64,000 nt of DNA from an uncultured cyanobacterium (GTDB lineage: Bacteria; Cyanobacteriota; Cyanobacteriia; Phormidesmidales; Phormidesmidaceae), in the NCBI GenBank assembly GCA_963793265.1, contig CAWBZI010000001.1, positions 384,001 to 448,000 on the forward strand, read 5' to 3'. Numbering within the stretch: position 1 is the stretch's first letter; every line of letters starts with the position of its first letter. Positions 63,517 to 64,000 of this stretch are shown here, piece by piece. The position numbers and the translations under genes were made by a program. The notes under the pieces are model-generated. The model was not told where the DNA came from. It saw only the letters and a list, made by a program, of their open reading frames with translations, and did not search any database.

Positions 63517-63963
63517 TCATTCGAGTGTTTTAGGAGCCTGTTCGTCTGCAACGATCTCGAAGGCGCTTGCAACAGCCTTGGGAATAGGTAGCGGACGTCC
63601 TTTTTGCGCGTCAACAAAAACCCAATCGGTTTCACATTGGGCTAAGACAGCTTTGTCAGAGACGCGAAAGAACGTGTATTTTCGCTGCGATCGCACTTTC
63701 CGAATATTAGAAATCCAGGTCAAAATAGCCAGCGCTTCCCCTTCAAAAGCAGGGCGCAGATACTCAATGCGATGGGCGCGAACAATCCAAGTTGCACCAA
63801 TGGCATTGGTTTCTTTGGTGCAGGGCGTGTGGTTGGCATGGGCGATCGCGGCCGACTGCATCCACTGTACATACGCCACATTATTTAAGTGCCCGTTCTC
63901 ATCAATCGCTGAAGCAGGCACGGTCACATCGTAGCGATAGATAGCTGGAGAAAGCATAGGCAA
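63517..63963 (-). CDS. Acyl-CoA thioesterase (4HBT/YbgC hotdog fold)
   Basis: IDENGHLNNVAY, IEYLRPA. Confidence 0.88.
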   Translation of the reverse strand: MPMLSPAIYRYDVTVPASAIDENGHLNNVAYVQWMQSAAIAHANHTPCTKETNAIGATWIVRAHRIEYLRPAFEGEALAILTWISNIRKVRSQRKYTFFRVSDKAVLAQCETDWVFVDAQKGRPLPIPKAVASAFEIVADEQAPKTLE

Positions 63964-64000
63964 ATAAGGCTGTAGGCAAGCTTTGAGAAAGTATTCCAGT

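Overview
Chromosomal window of a nitrogen-fixing cyanobacterium (psbK, many HIP1 GCGATCGC octamers, cyanobacterial nif gene order); the exact strain cannot be established from the sequence. 1-10.3 kb: distal half of a nif cluster ('nifN, nifX, two nif-associated ORFs, nifW, hesA, an extra Cys-rich membrane ORF, hesB, fdxH, feoA, flavodoxin, methyltransferase, cysK, ORF, modA, fused modBC). 10.3-20.7 kb: an abutting fermentation module, with adhE-pflB-pflA divergent from an acetate--CoA ligase/GNAT gene, followed by an unannotated 5' relic of glgX. 19.8-28.5 kb: an IS hot spot (IS1, ISAzo13, IS5-like, IS630) with several broken genes. 30.8-38.9 kb: a multistep phosphorelay cluster containing a frameshifted orphan solute-binding lipoprotein. 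An ISL3 relic and tRNA-Thr(TGT) follow, then mostly core genes (Rre1-like regulator, dnaX with an A9 run, pheT, Ser/Thr kinase, psbK, tgt, cobS, leuD, sds, murI, Na+/H+ antiporter, rplU-rpmA). All calls come from reading motifs by eye; no database search was run.
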